A stretch of 62,569 nt of DNA, filler included, from Nemertoderma westbladi (Eukaryota; Animalia; Xenacoelomorpha): assembly GCA_032718475.1 (NCBI GenBank). It is 3 parts of 3 records of this genome, joined end to end, with 100 filler letters (N's around TTAATTAATTAA, not from the genome) between each part and the next. Parts side by side here need not be neighbours in the genome. Positions count along the whole stretch, not along the records: positions 20,009 to 46,280 come from JAUCBJ010007185.1; positions 46,381 to 62,569 come from JAUCBJ010004576.1; 1 more part is not named here. One strand, 5' to 3'. Under the pieces are notes generated by a model, which did not search any database, was not told where the DNA came from, and saw only the letters and a program-made list of their open reading frames with translations. A program made the translations under genes and the position numbers. Below are positions 39,101 through 53,700 of this stretch, piece after piece. Within the stretch, counting starts at the first letter, position 1. Each line of letters starts with the position of its first letter.

Positions 39101-42100
39101 GTAATTACTCACAGCTTTCGGTTTCGTTTATGTTGGAACGTAACTTCAACTACTTTTTCACTCAAGTTTACGTTCCTGCCTCGCTTCTGGTCATGCTGAG
39201 TTGGATATCGTTTTGGGTGCGTCGAGATTCGGTACCCGCCAGGGCCAGTCTCACCATTACCACGGTTCTCGCTATGATTACGCTGACAGGAGTCATTAAT
39301 TCTAGTCTCCCAAAGGTTTGTTTATAAAATCAGTTCGCATTCCAATGCTAATGCTACACCTTAATGTTAAATTAATTTTAATATTTGCCCTTTTTTCTTA
39401 TATTTAGTGTCTGACAATGATATTGTTATTGATGTTCAGTTTGTCAGGTAACAGGTTTGGTAATATCACTCTGTAAGTCATTCACAGTGATACAAAATTA
39501 AAAATAGTGCATAGTTAATTTTTTAACTTTTTAACTTCCATAATCCGGATACATTGTTTATTATGTGATTACAGGTATCAGAATTGAAGTCTCTGGATGT
39601 GTATATCGGTGTATGCCTGATGTACGTGTTCGCGGCATTGGTGCAGTTTGCTGTTGTTGTTTACTTCAACAGGCCTGGCAATAAAGATCATAAAGAAGTT
39701 GCCAAAAAGGTAAAATTTAATTTAAATTTTATAAATATTTTAGAACAATAACATCGCTAATTTAATCTTAAATTAAGTTAAATATCGCTTAATAATAATA
39801 TATGATGTGATGTGGAATACTTAATGATATAAAAATCTCATAAATTTACATATCTCACCCCAACATGCATAATTTGCAGAGCGAGCATCACTTATTAGCT
39901 GACGGTTAACAAAAATATATACTGTGCAAGATTATCATCCCTAATATATATTAAAAGAATCTAGTTAAAATAAATTGCTTTATTGCTAAGCCGTGAAAGT
40001 CCAGGATAATCTAGAAAACTGATAACGTTCGAGGTCCCCAGGACCTGGTGACAGAATAATCGACAAAATGTAGATTATAGTTGAAATAACATCGATTTTC
40101 GTGAGCAGTTTCGTCCATATTGGTGATGTAATGTCCATATTGGGGTTGTAACGTTCCAAATTTGGGATGTAATGTTCCATATTGTGGTTGTAACGTTCCA
40201 TTATGGAGATATAATCGTCCATATTGGGATATAATGTTCCTTTAAGGCGAGAATGTGGGGCGAGACACGTATGGCGAGCCATCAGCGAACTGATATAATT
40301 ATACTATGGCCGTTTCTCAAAAGTCTGTGTGTGACGTGTGTGTGTGTGTGTGTGTCGGTAGCCATAAATGTCGGAAGCCATAATCGAAGTTAATATCTTC
40401 AGTTAAATTGTATGGTTGAATCGAATTATTTCGATTCTTCTATCGGTAATTAATTATTTAGGGGGGTAACATTTATCCCATCTGGTATAAAATTAACATG
40501 GGTAGATTCGCCGTGTCCCATTCTATCAAAGTCTTTACTTTATACTCGAGATTAATGTCAAGTTGTATAGTTATTTATTGATTTACAATTAAAATTGCAT
40601 TTTTATCAATTAATTCACACGCAGGCTCTAACCGCCTAATGACAGTCAATACGGAGTAATTCCTTCCCGTGTCTTAGCAACGCTGAGAATGTCCTGGCCT
40701 GTTAGAGGCAGACTGCTGCTGGTTGGGGATGGTAGGATAGCATTAATTCCCTAAACATTCACTCACTCTCCATAGAACTGGCTGACGGGGGGGTGTGTGT
40801 GTGTTTAGGTATCAGTTATTCAATGACATTAATATTATTACTAATGAAGGAATAGTGCTCCTTCAATACATCTCAACAGACATCAATTCATTGCCTGTGC
40901 CTACCAACGCGTGCTCCATAACATAACAACATATCCTTGATTTCCATCACCTCTCACCACAATTATTATTAGTAATTAAAAGTTTCAATTCGGTTTGTCG
41001 TTCCGTTATCTGGTTATTCAGTTATTGCATTATTAATAAATAAATGTTTTAAAATATATCTTACGAAATATGGTTAATCATTAAAACTTGTCGCTAACAT
41101 TCTCGCTATGGGGGTTTTAAAGAGTGTTGATTACATTTCTGATGTCAGTTTTCACGTTTACATAAATCTAGTCTGTCTGTCTGTCGGTCTTTCTGTCAGT
41201 CAGTCTGTCAAAACATAAAAGATAATTCAAATTAACTAACAATCTCGCTATGGGGGTTTTAAGGGGTGCTGATTTCATTTCTGATGTCAGTTTACAGGTT
41301 TACATAAATCTAGTCTGTCTGTTTGTCGGTCTTTCTGTCAGTCAGTCAGTCTGTCAAAACTTAAAAAAGAATACAAACTAACTAACATTCTCGTTATGGG
41401 GTTTTAATGGGTGCTAATTTTATTTCAGATGTCAGTTTTCACGTTTAAAAAAATCTAGTCTGTCTGGCTGTCGGTCTTTCTGTCAGTCAGTCTGTGAAAA
41501 CTTAAGAAAGTATACTAACTAACCAACATTCTCGCTATGGGGGTTTTAAGGGTTGCTGATTTCTTTTTTGATGTCAGTTTACACGTTTACATAAATCTAG
41601 TCTGTCTGTCTGTCGGTCTCTCTGTCAGTCTGAACTACTGCACTGTGGTTGGCATTACGCCATATACCTAACACTAATAATACAGTCTACAATACAGCCT
41701 ATCTACAGTACAGAATGGATTTTTTGCCACGAAGAGCAATAAATGTCATTAATACTATCCACCAGTATACCTTCTCCAAGAGCCTTCTAATAAAACATGT
41801 ATTCCAGCATGACGTGCACTGCACGTCTTCGTGCTGTCCATTGTGACGTGCAGTGGACGTCATAGGCTCTAAGAGGTTAAGCAACACGGTCCCTACTTCG
41901 CCCTGTCGACACCCCAGCCATTTTTCACCAATCCTTTTTAGAGTTTTTTAATTTTTTTGGTATTGGTGAAAGTTCTACAACATTAGTAGATATGTTTTTT
42001 ATGATAGCTAGTGTTTTTTTGCTAGCTAGTATTTTTTGAAATTATAAAAAATGTGAAAGTCCATGATATTTCAGGTTAAACCTTTGAAGAATATATTAAT

Positions 42101-45062
42101 GACCAAAATAATTTCCAAAAATTACTAGATAGTAAAAAATACTAGCTATATACCATAAAAAATCTACTAAGGTTCTAGAACATTCACTAATATAAAAAAG
42201 CACTCAAAATCACAAAAAATAGAGGTTAAAAAACTCATTCGGGACTCTTTTGCTTAAGGAGTCAAAATTGTAGAAAAAATTCCCGAAGTTTGCGACGTTT
42301 GCGAAATTCGCGAAGAATCCGACAAGTTTCTGTGCCCTAATGGTTTCGTGACGAAACAATAAAATCTTACACACTTAACACACACGAACTAATTTAATGT
42401 GTGTATTAGTATGCCTGAATAATTAATTAGAAATTGAATTAATGAACGCTATTTCAACATGAAATCTACGGAATCAATACACAACACACGCACACTACTG
42501 AATTTAACAATTTATATAGATTGCAACTTTTATATTTGGCTACCTTTTAATGGGTGACTAATTTAATTATTCACCCCTATATATTTGTAGCCTTGTTAAT
42601 TTGTGCCTCTAATTGAATCAAACATTAAACTATGTCACAATATTGGTCTGTCGGTAGCTGGTCAATGATTCTCTCATAAATGTGTTAATTAGTCGCTGCT
42701 CAGTCATTGAACATTTGAACACGTGCTGCTCGAAGACCCCACAACGTGTACCTGGAGGGGGTCAAAAAACGAGAAATTTGTTGGCTTCTTTTGTTCAGAA
42801 TTTTATGCTGATTCCAAATATCAAACCGTTTCAAATCTTATTTTTTGTTTTCGATATGTAGTGATTTGTCGAATTTTTGCAATTTATATCATTTTTCATG
42901 ATTTTTATTTTGGTTGGTTTAGGTTATTTTGGTTTTGTTTCCCACTTTTGTCCATTATTTTATTTAAAGATTATTAGCGGGAAATTCAAATTACACTGCA
43001 TACTTTTTTCTTTATTCGTTTATTTCGTTTAATTATTCACATAACAGACAGACGTTACATTTAAAATAGAGTTAGCACATAAGATTACATAGGCGAGGCC
43101 TACTGCACAAATAAACTGATATCCAGTTAAATATATCAACAGCTTGAGGCGCATAGCTCCGCGAGTGCGTGACTCAAACTATGGAAAAGTGGATAATGAA
43201 GTAGTGTATATAAGTAAGTAGTAATGAATGTATGTAATTACAGTTATAATACTTATTGAAGTATTATAAATTAAGATAATTAATGTTAATTACAATGCTT
43301 AAACTTTAATGGGAAAAAATGAGATTGTACGAAACTCCAGCGGAAAAGTAAAAATAAAATATACAATTAATTTAATTGATGCGGTTAGTAATAGAAAATA
43401 CCATGAATAAAGAGACAAGGAGAGGATGGCCTATATAGGATTAGTATATTATTTTTGTGTGTTTTACGGTTTAGCCACTAAAATTTGGAATTTGGAATTA
43501 TGAGGGGGCAGAAAATAATAATTCATAGCGGAAAACATTATTTACAGCGGGTCCAGAAAATAATAATGCCTAGAATATCAACCCCTAAGCGGAGTTTCTA
43601 TATGGTAACCGTTACAATACTGCTAAAAAGATACGCCCAATTAAACCTAGTAAAAGTCCGTATGATGGGAATGGGTATTGGGCATGCCATGCTGCCGATA
43701 AATCTACTTTCAGCAGCGATATCAGCTAGAACTGTCTGTGGAACATGTAAAGAGGGTCCTGAGTTTTTCTATAACTGAAAATTCTGCAAGAATAGGGCTG
43801 GCTCTGGAGTTTGCTCTGGAATGCGGAAACTGTTTGGATATCCAACAATATTGGTCTTCCCCAACAATTCCTGTTGGCAAATTTGAAGTAAATATACGTA
43901 GTGTATATGCCTTTCGCTGTATTGGGATTGGTAAAGATGGTGCGGACGCATTTTGCTCTTTGATGGACTTGCCTAATGTACCCTGCACCCTGGTTGGTCC
44001 GAGTTTCTACTACACAACAACGTCATAGAGTCCTCCTGCGGATGGGCCTGAGGTAGCCATGACTGAGGCCGCATTGCCTTTGATAATGGCGATTAGCAAC
44101 CGCTGCAACATAAACTGATGGGATCGGGGTTCGTGGGTGATAACGTGTAGGCGGCTCCCTAACTCCCGGAGGAAGACAGATGTCTCGGGGCCTGGCCGGC
44201 CAAACGTATCGAAGGCCACAGGGTGGAACAAGTGGCCTCTGTCCATCACCTCATTCTTGAGAATGGCTTGTTGAAATTACATAAAATTAGTACTGATGGT
44301 GGTTCCCTACCATATAATGCAACTTTTGAACTAGAATTAAGAACATATGATAAAGTGATTGTATGTTATGGAACTTTTTGTGAGAAAAGGGACGTGTTTT
44401 TTTCAAATTCCCTATATTTTGTGATTTTTTTTCAAAAAATGTTAAATATCCATAAGATAGAGTCAAGGGGTAACCATTTTTTGTTCAAAAGTTGCATAAG
44501 ACGATATCAAGGTTCTATAAAAATTGCAGGCAAATCCCCCCAAATGCCGAAATATTGGTGGTAGCTGCGTTTTGATATCTACGGGAAAATCGACGCGAAC
44601 ATTCTCACCTTACTTATTAGTTATTTGGGTAAGCATTAATTTAGTAGAATGGAAACTTCATGTATAATTTGCTCAATATAATCTTTAGCCTTTAGTTCAC
44701 AATGAAATCTTTTTATTTTTATTGTTTTTATTTTATCACATATCTTACTGTTATAGGGGAATTCACTGGCTGATTACAACAATGGAGCTGTAAATAGTGG
44801 CGAAACCGAGAAATTGACCGACAATGAGAAAGAAAAGGAATCCATTAATCTGCGAATCGTTGGCAATGACTCATCACTGAGTCACGAAGGGGTCGTTACT
44901 AAATCTTCTCGCATGGGTCGCATTTACGTTGATGTTGCGAAGCTGGATAAGGTTTCCCGTGTTATGTTTCCCTGTACCTTCGTCACTGTTGTGGTTCTCT
45001 ACATCATGCTCTACACGTTCGTCTTCTATGATGTTCGAAGTTTCGATGAAATCGCAAAATAA
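39101..45062 (+). CDS. Anion-selective pentameric ligand-gated ion channel subunit (GABA-A/Gly/GluCl-like), 3' exons 39101-39315, 39575-39709, 44757-45062
   Basis: NYSQLSVSF.LER, M1 QVYVPASLLVMLSWISFW, M2 PARASLTITTVLAMIT, LPK|VS..KSLDVYIGVCLMYVFAAL (M3), LDKVSRVMFP (M4); GT-AG joins are in frame. Confidence 0.92.
40110..40240. repeat. ~21-bp degenerate tandem repeat
   Basis: gttccatattggggttgtaac-like units, about 6 copies. Confidence 0.7.
41095..41630. repeat. ~143-bp tandem repeat x4 with (gtct/gtca)n core
   Basis: aacattctcgctatgggggttttaa recurs at ~41096, 41238, 41384, 41525. Confidence 0.85.
43560..43985 (+). mobile_element. DNA transposase N-terminal fragment (Mutator-like/Kolobok-type)
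   Basis: C.TC...RIGLA...ECGNC...SS...FEVNIRSVYAFRCIGIG...FCSLMDLP motif; truncated. Confidence 0.6.
44010..44250 (-). mobile_element. CRE-like retrotransposon RLE C-terminal fragment
   Basis: FHPVAFDTFGRPGP...FL..LG...QRL.IAI.KGNAASV. Confidence 0.8.
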
Positions 45063-45413
45063 ATTATCATGATTCAGTGTTGATTTGCACTGACGATTAT
45101 CAATGTTGTAACTATATACCATAATGTTTATTTACATAAAGTAGACGCCAAACAAATAACTAATAAAACTACCAGTAACTGTACCAACCGATATGTAAAG
45201 TAAAAATTTATTGATTCCATTTTGGCACCACAAATGGCTCAAAATCCAATATTTGTTGTACATTCAATCAGTTATTAATGAAATCAATCAGCTTATAGAT
45301 GCTTTCAATAGGTTTATATTAAATATAATTTATACAACATTTCAATTATATTTCAATATTAATATTGAATTAAATTGCAATATAATATATAATTAGTGTA
45401 ATATATATTGCAA

Positions 45414-45594
45414 TATAAAATATTAAATTATAAAATATTAAATTATAAAATATTAAATTATAAAATATTAAATTATAAAATATTAAATTATAAAATATTA
45501 ATTTATAAAATATTAAATTATAAAATATTAAATTATAAAATATTAAATTATAAAATATTAAATTATAAAATATTAAATTATAAAATATTAAATT
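45414..45594. repeat. 15-bp pure A/T tandem repeat x12
   Basis: ataaaatattaaatt units. Confidence 0.95.
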
Positions 45595-46280
45595 GAATAA
45601 TAATTCATTATTTTATATTGCAATATATATATATATTATTGAATATATTTCATACTAATATTGAAATATAATTAAAATAATTAGTTAAATTAGATTATAT
45701 CGTGACCATAGAGCCAGAACAACGCACACCAAAAAATTTGGTTCGAGAAAAATACAAAAAACCTTCTCATTTCACTCCACATAGATCCCGTCTCCTAAAA
45801 TTTTCGACAGAGGTCTGGGAAGATACAATGATTTATTTTATAGTAGTGTCTAGTATTCAGAATTAATTTTCTTATTGAAAAAAACGGTTTTTTTCGTTAT
45901 TTTTGAAAGAGGCAAAACAACACATACTGAAATTTAACATTACTCTAGTCGGTGTGTGTTGTTTTACCTCTAGGATTTTGTCACAGAAACAGAACAACTC
46001 ACATCATTCCTCGACTATTGAATGGTTTTTGGTGTTTTTCCTGGCAAAGTGTGATAGATATTTAAATGTGAAATGTTTAACATTACAAATATTAAAATTA
46101 AATCAAATTTTAGCATTTAATTAAGCAATTAAATCATGAGGATATGCAAACCTAGACTGACATACTGTTTATTATACAGTAGTGTTATTACACATTATTA
46201 TACTGTTTACTTGTTTCTTATAGGCCTACTGTTTATTATTACAGTTGTAGTAACTTTCTGTTTTTTAGCAGTTTTTTTAT

Positions 46281-46380
46281 NNNNNNNNNNNNNNNNNNNN
46301 NNNNNNNNNNNNNNNNNNNNNNNNTTAATTAATTAANNNNNNNNNNNNNNNNNNNNNNNNNNNNNNNNNNNNNNNNNNNN
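46281..46380. other. Assembly gap with TTAATTAATTAA filler
   Basis: Same structure as the first gap. Confidence 0.95.
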
Positions 46381-47559
46381 CTAATGTTTCCATATCTAAA
46401 TAGGCCTACGCAAGTCTTTCTGTTCTGTATAGTCTACACGTGGAATTTCACAGCGAGCAAAAACTCTTATCGTAAAATAGCGTTGCACGCATTCTATCAA
46501 GTTTTTAGGACCTAGTTGGTAAAGAGTACGCTATTGGAGTACAGTTAGTCCAATAACTGTCTAACATTTATGATTTGTGAGGACTCACTAGTGACAATAC
46601 TAAGAATTATAACACATCTGAAAATCATATTAACCACTTTAAACCCCTTTAACACTTGCTCTTTAATATAATGTTCAAACTTTTAGACATGGTGACACCT
46701 ACATGTCGACATAATGTTTATAATACATGTTTCCTGTTGTTTAAGGGGTGGGGGGGGGGGGGGGGGGGGGGGGGGTGGCATGACCAACGATATACATATG
46801 TAGATAGTTGGTCATGGGGGTGGGGATGGGGTACACTATTTTCGGACAACTCTTCGATTTAACACTCTCACCGTTTCAAAATTGTTTGGTTTTAGCTATA
46901 ATTTGAAACATAGGTACCTAAGATGCATTTCTTTATGATCCAGGTCAGAAAAATTTTATTTTTCGCTCTTTAATATTAGTTAATACGAGTTAACAATAAA
47001 AAATTTGGTTACGCTTAAAACCCTAAGGCTTTTACAGTTTTGAATCTAATCACATGAAAGTTTTTGTAGACACCCATAGAAATTTTCAGACTAATTGCTC
47101 AAAAATTGTAGAAGTAGTTGGTAGGATTTGAAGTTGACAATTTCATCTGAGTTCCCGAAGGAGATCGTGTCAAGACACCACTCTGTTACACAGGAGCCCC
47201 GATCTCACCACTCTGTTACCCAGGAGCCCCGATCTCACCGCTTCCTTCTGCAGAGACTGGCTGTTGCCATCCCGGTCACCCCCCCCCCCCCCCCCCCTCC
47301 CCAATGAAACAGCCTAACTGACACGCCCCCTCCCCCTAGCTTTCTTATTTTGTTATTATTGTTTTTATTCAATATTGAAAGAGCTATTAAATAGCTAGCG
47401 GTTTTTAGATTTGGGAACACCATTTAAACATGCAGTATAATCGATCATAAAAATAATTTCGTAATATTTAGGATCAAAATGGTGTACACCCCCCCCCCCC
47501 CTCCCCCTCCCCCCTTAAATGATACTGAGTTCTTGAAGTTTGAGACAGATATGTCGCAT

Positions 47560-47745
47560 CCAAATGTAATACAAATTTACGTCATCAGCAAACATACAGT
47601 AGAACAATTTATATTAGCAGATTGTCTGGTAAGTCGTTGACGAACAATAAAACTAAAAGAGGTCCTTGGACGATACCTTGGGGTGCACCTGATATGACTG
47701 GCTCTATATTTAACAAACTACTACCAACTAGCACGCGTTGAGTAT
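47560..47745 (-). mobile_element. CR1-group RT fragment continuous with the satellite
   Basis: TQRVLVGSS...VISGAPQGIVQGPLLVLLFVNDLP then (shifted frame) CMFADDVNLY. Confidence 0.8.
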
Positions 47746-50700
47746 GGTACATATTGCACCCAGTATCCACCTCACGCGTTGAGTACGGTACATCTTGCAC
47801 CCAGTAGCCACCTCACGCATTGAGTACGGTACATCTTGCACCCAGTAGCCAACTAGCATGCGTTGAGTACGGTACACCCTGCACCCAGTAGCCAACTAGC
47901 ATGCATTGAGTACGGTACATCCTGCACCCAGTAGCCAACTAGCATGCATTGAGTACGGTACATCTTGCACCCAGTAGCCAACTAGTACGCGTTGAGTACG
48001 GTACATCTTGCACCCAGTAGCCACCTCACCCATTGAGTACGGTACATCTTGCACCCAGTAGCCAACTAGCACGCGTTGAGTACGGTACATCTTGCACCCA
48101 GTAGCCACCTCACGCGTTGAGTACGGTACATCTTGCACCCAGTAGCCACCTCACGCATTGAGTACGGTACATCTTGCACCCAGTAGCCAACTAGCATGCG
48201 TTGAGTACGGTACACCCTGCACCCAGTAGCGAACTAGCATGCATTGAGTACGGTACATCCTGCACCCAGTAGCCAACTAGCATGCATTGAGTACGGTACA
48301 TCTTGCACCCAGTAGCCAACTAGTACGCGTTGAGTACGGTACATCTTGCACCCAGTAGCCAACTAGCACGCGTTGAGTACGGTACATTTTGCACCCAGTA
48401 GCCAACTAGCACGCGTTGAGTACGGTACATTTTGCACCCAGTAGCCACCTCATGCATTGAGTACGGTACATCTTGCACCCAGTAGCCACCTCACGCATTG
48501 AGTACGGTACATCTTGCACACAGTAGCCAACTAGAATGCGTTGAGTACGGTACATCTTGCACCCAGTAGCCAACTAGCACGCGTTGAGTACGGTACATCT
48601 TGCACCCAGTAGCCACCTCACGCATTGAGTACGGTACATCTTGCACCCAGTACCCACCTCACGCATTGAGTACGGTACATCTTGCACCCAGTAGCCAATT
48701 AGCATGCGTTGAGTACGGTACATCTTGCACCCAGTAGCCAATTAGCATGCGTTGAGTACGGTACATCTTGCACCCAGTAGCCAACTAGTACGCGTTGAGT
48801 ACGGTACATCTTGCACCCAGTAGCCAACTAGCACGCGTTGAGTACGGTACATTTTGCACCCAGTAGCCAACTAGCACGCGTTGAGTACGGTACATTTTGC
48901 ACCCAGTAGCCACCTCATGCATTGAGTACGGTACATCTTGCACCCAGTAGCCACCTCACGCATTGAGTACGGTACATCTTGCACCCAGTAGCCAACTAGC
49001 ACGCGTTGCGTACGGTACATCTTGCATCCAGTAGCCAACTAGCACGCGTTGAGTACGATACATCTTGCACCCAGTAGCCACCTCACGCTTTGAGTACGGT
49101 ACATCTTGCACCCAGTAGCCACCTCACGCATTGAGTATGGTACATCTTGCACCCAGTAGCCACCTCACGCATTGAGTATGGTACATCTTGCACCCAGTAG
49201 CCACCTCACGCATTGAGTACGGTACATCTTGCACCCAGTAGCCAACTAGCACGCGTTGAGTACGGTACATCTTGCACCCAGTAGCCACCTCACGCATTGA
49301 GTACTACTACTAGGATCGGCATGCTGCATTGCAGCTGCATTTTTAAGAATGCTGTGCCGGCTTATCGACAAAATTGCACCGCCACAACTCCCTATCACCC
49401 ATGACATTTGCTAGATCATCCGCATCTTCAATGCCAGTGTCCTTTAAGATGCGTCTCAAGAAAGTCATGGGCTGTCCACCATGCTTATTCACTCCATGAG
49501 GCTGCCAAAGTACAAGATTATGCACTGGCTGGTCCTCACGGCGAAAGCAATGTCCTGCAAAGCGGAGGCGATTTTGTTCTAGTGTCAAGCTTGGGGGAAC
49601 CAATGAGACACCTCCAATGTTATATAGTGTCTGGTTGGAGATGTGTGCATTGAACTTGACACAATGAACCCGGCGTAGCATTCTTGTGAATGTGCCATCC
49701 AGAGATTTGGTGTCCTCGGCAGTTAGAGCCCAGCATGGACTCCCATAGAGGAGGACTGGAACTACTGCTGCTCTAAATAACCGGACCTTAAGTTTCCGAT
49801 TAATTCTCGGTGACTTCCAAATTCTGGAAAGCCTATTCAAGGCTGCCCATGCCTTTCCCTTACGTATTCGAAGGTCCTCACCTGACTTCCGGATCCATGA
49901 TCCCAGGTAACAGAAGTCATCCACATGCTCAAGCATACCATCTTTTGAGCTTATGCTCATCCGATCAGAGACTTGCTGAGGACTTTCAAAGTTAACTGTC
50001 AACATTTTGGTCTTTCTGGAGTTAATAAAAAGTCCAACACTAGAAGCAGCATGTTCTAAAGAGCTGAGGAGCCGTTGGGCTCCCTCTAGTGATTCTGAGA
50101 GTTCTCCTAAGTCATCAGCAAAGTCTAGATCAGTTAGGTACTTGGCAGGATTTCCTCGACTTCTGGAGCCAGTAGGTGGAGTTATCATCACCCCATCATC
50201 ATTATGATGATCTAAGGACATGCGTAGAACATAGTCAACAACAATTATGAACAAGAATGGTGCAAGTGTGTCTCCCTGGAGGACGCCCCATAACACTTCA
50301 AATGGTTCTGTGTCACCGTCAACAGTAGACACAATGTTGTCGAACCATCGTATACTGATCTGATTGCTGCAATAATTTCATCAGGAATCCCATATAATGA
50401 AAGTATGCTGAACATACGTGAGCGAGAGACTGAATCAAAGGCCTTGAAGAAGTCAACAAAGATAACAGCCAGATTCCTGTCTTTCTTTTTTGATAACTCT
50501 TCAATTATCCTTCTAAGTGCCAAAATGGGCTCCATGGTCCCACGACCTTTACGGAACCCATTCTGATTTCCACGGAGCAGTCTCTCAATGGGATCTCTGA
50601 TGCGATTTAATAGAATTTTATTGTATAGCTTTGCAGCAATTGAGATCAATGAGATTCCCCGAAAAGAACCATAGAGTGTTAGGTTGCCCTACTTGGGAAC

Positions 50701-53700
50701 TGGCACCAAATTATTTGTTTTCATTTCTTGTGGGACTCTTGTTGTACGGTACATGTATACTATGATGGGATAGATGAGCTTTAAACACTCAGGTATTTTA
50801 AAGACCTCAGGGGGAACACCATCTACTCCACTGGCACGATTGGTCTTAATGCTCTTTGCAGCAGCCTTCACTTCTGCAAAGGAGATATCACCAATGGGAA
50901 TATCTGGGAGTACAGACTCAGACACTTTTACTTCTATAAAGTTATCAGGCAATACCCTGTCATTATTGAGGAGCTTTTCAATGTGGGCCTTTCAAATTGA
51001 GTACGGTACATCTTGCACCCAGTAGCCAACTAGCACGCGTTGAGTACGGTACATCTTGCACCCAGTAGCCAACTAGCACGCGTTGAGTACGGTACATCTT
51101 GCAACCAGTAGCCAACTAGCACGCGTTGAGTACGGTACATCTTGCACCCAGTAGCCACCTCACGCATTGAGTACGGTACATCTTGCACCTAGTAGCCAAC
51201 TAGCACGCGTTTAGTACGGTACATCTTGCACCCAGTAGCCAACTAGCACGCATTGAGTACGGTACATCTTGAACCCAGTGGCCAACTAGACGCGTTGAGT
51301 ACGGTACATCTTGCACCCAGTAGCCAACTAGCACGCGTTGAGTATGGTACATTTTGCACCCAATAGCCAACTAGCACGCGTTGAGTACGGTACATCTTGC
51401 CCCCAGTAGCCACCTCACGCATTGAGTACGGTACATCTTGCACCCAGTAGCCAACTAGCACTCGTTGAGTACGGTACATCTTGCACCCAGTAGCCACCTC
51501 ACGCGTTGAGTACGGTACATCTTGCACCCAGTAGCCAACTAGCACGTGTTGAGTACGGTACATCTTGCACCCAGTAGCCAACTAGCACGCGTTGAGTACG
51601 GTACATCTTGCACCCAGTAGCCAACTAGCACGCGTTGAGTACGGTACATCTTGCACCCAGTAGCCACCTCACGCATTGACTACGGTACATATTGCACCCA
51701 GTAGCCAACTAGCACGCGTTGAGTACGGTACATCTTGCACCCAGTAGCCAACTAGCACGCGTTGAGTACGGTACATCTTGCATCCAGTAGCCACCTCACG
51801 CATTGAGTACGGTACATCTTGCACCCAGTAGCCACCTCACGCATTGAGTACAGTACATCTTGCACCCAGTAGCCAACTAGCGCGCGTTGAGTACGGTACA
51901 TCTTGCACCCAGGTAGCCACCTCACACATTGAGTACGGTACATCTTGCACCCAGTAGCCACCTCACGCATGGAGTACGGTACATCTTGCACCCAGTAGCC
52001 ACCTCACGCGTTGAGTACGATACATCTTGCACCCAGTAGCCACCTCACGCGTTGAGTACGGTACATCTTGCACCCAGTAGCCACCTCACGCGTTGAGTAC
52101 GATACATCTTGCACCCAGTAGCCACCTCACGCGTTGAGTACGGTACATCTTGCACCCAGTAGCCACCTCACGCATTGAGTACGGTACATCTTGCACCCAG
52201 TAGCCACCTCACGCATTGAGTACGGTACATCTTGCACCCAGTAGCCACCTCACGCATTGAGTACGGTACATCTTGCACCCAGTAGCCAATTAGCATGCGT
52301 TGAGTACGGTACATCTTGCACCCAGTAGCCAACTAGCACGCGTTGAGTACGGTACATCTTGCACCCAATAGCCAACTAGCACGCATTGAGTACGGTACCT
52401 CTTGCACCCAGTAGCCAAGTAGCACGTGTTGAGTACGGTACATCTTGCACCCAGCAGCCAACTAGCACGTGTTGAGTACGGTACATCTTGCACCCAGTAG
52501 CCACCTCAAGCGTTGAGTACGGTACATCTTGCACCCAGTAGCCACCTCACCCATTGAGTATGGTACATCTTGCACCCAGTAGCCTCCTCACGCATTGAGT
52601 ATGGTACATCTTGCACACAGTAGCCAACTAGCACGCGTTGAGTACGGTACATCTTGCACGCAGTAGCCACCACACGCATTGAGTACGGTACATCTTGCAC
52701 CCAGTAGCCAACTAGCACGCGTTGAGTACGGTACATCTTGCACGCAGTAGCCACCACACGCATTGAGTACGGTACATCTTGCACCCAGTAGCCAACTAGC
52801 ACGCGTTGAGTACGGTACATCTTGCACCTAGTAGCCAACTAGCACGCGTTGAGTACGGTACATCTTGCACGCAGTAGCCAACTAGCACGCGTTGAGTACG
52901 ATACATCTTGCACCCAGTAGCCACCTCACCCATTGAGTATGGTACATCTTGCACCCAGTAGCCTCCTCACGCATTGAGTATGGTACATCTTGCACCCAGT
53001 AGCCTCCTCACGCATTGAGTATGGTACATCTTGCACACAGTAGCCAACTAGCACGTGTTGAGTACGGTACATCTTGCACCCAGTAGCCACCTCACCCATT
53101 GAGTATGGTATATCTTGCACCCAGTAGCCTCCTCACGCATTGAGTATGGTACATCTTGCACACAGTAGCCAACTAGCACGCGTTGAGTACGGTACATCTT
53201 GCACGCAGTAGCCACCACACGCATTGAGTACGGTACATCTTGCACCCAGTAGCCAACTAGCACGCGTTGAGTACGGTACATCTTGCACGCAGTAGCCACC
53301 ACACGCATTGAGTACGGTACATCTTGCACCCAGTAGCCAACTAGCACGCGTTGAGTACGGTACATCTTGCACCTAGTAGCCAACTAGCACGCGTTGAGTA
53401 CGGTACATCTTGCACACAGTAGCCAACTAGCACGCGTTGAGTACGGTACATCTTGCACCCAGTAGCCAACTAGCACGCGTTGAGTATGGTACATCTTGCA
53501 CCCAGTAGCCAACTAGCACGCGTTGAGTACGGTACATCTTGCACGCAGTAGCCACCACACGCATTGAGTACGGTACATCTTGCACCCAGTAGCCAACTAG
53601 CACGCGTTGAGTACGGTACATCTTGCACCTAGTAGCCAACTAGCACGCGTTGAGTACGGTACATCTTGCACCCAGTAGCCAACTAGCACGCGTTGAGTAC

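Noticed and set aside
40290-40460. Possible Helentron/HINE end (ttatac...(gt)n)
   Set aside because: No matching subterminal repeat or hairpin could be confirmed.
45408-45596. YKILN repeat ORF
   Set aside because: 15-bp A/T minisatellite.
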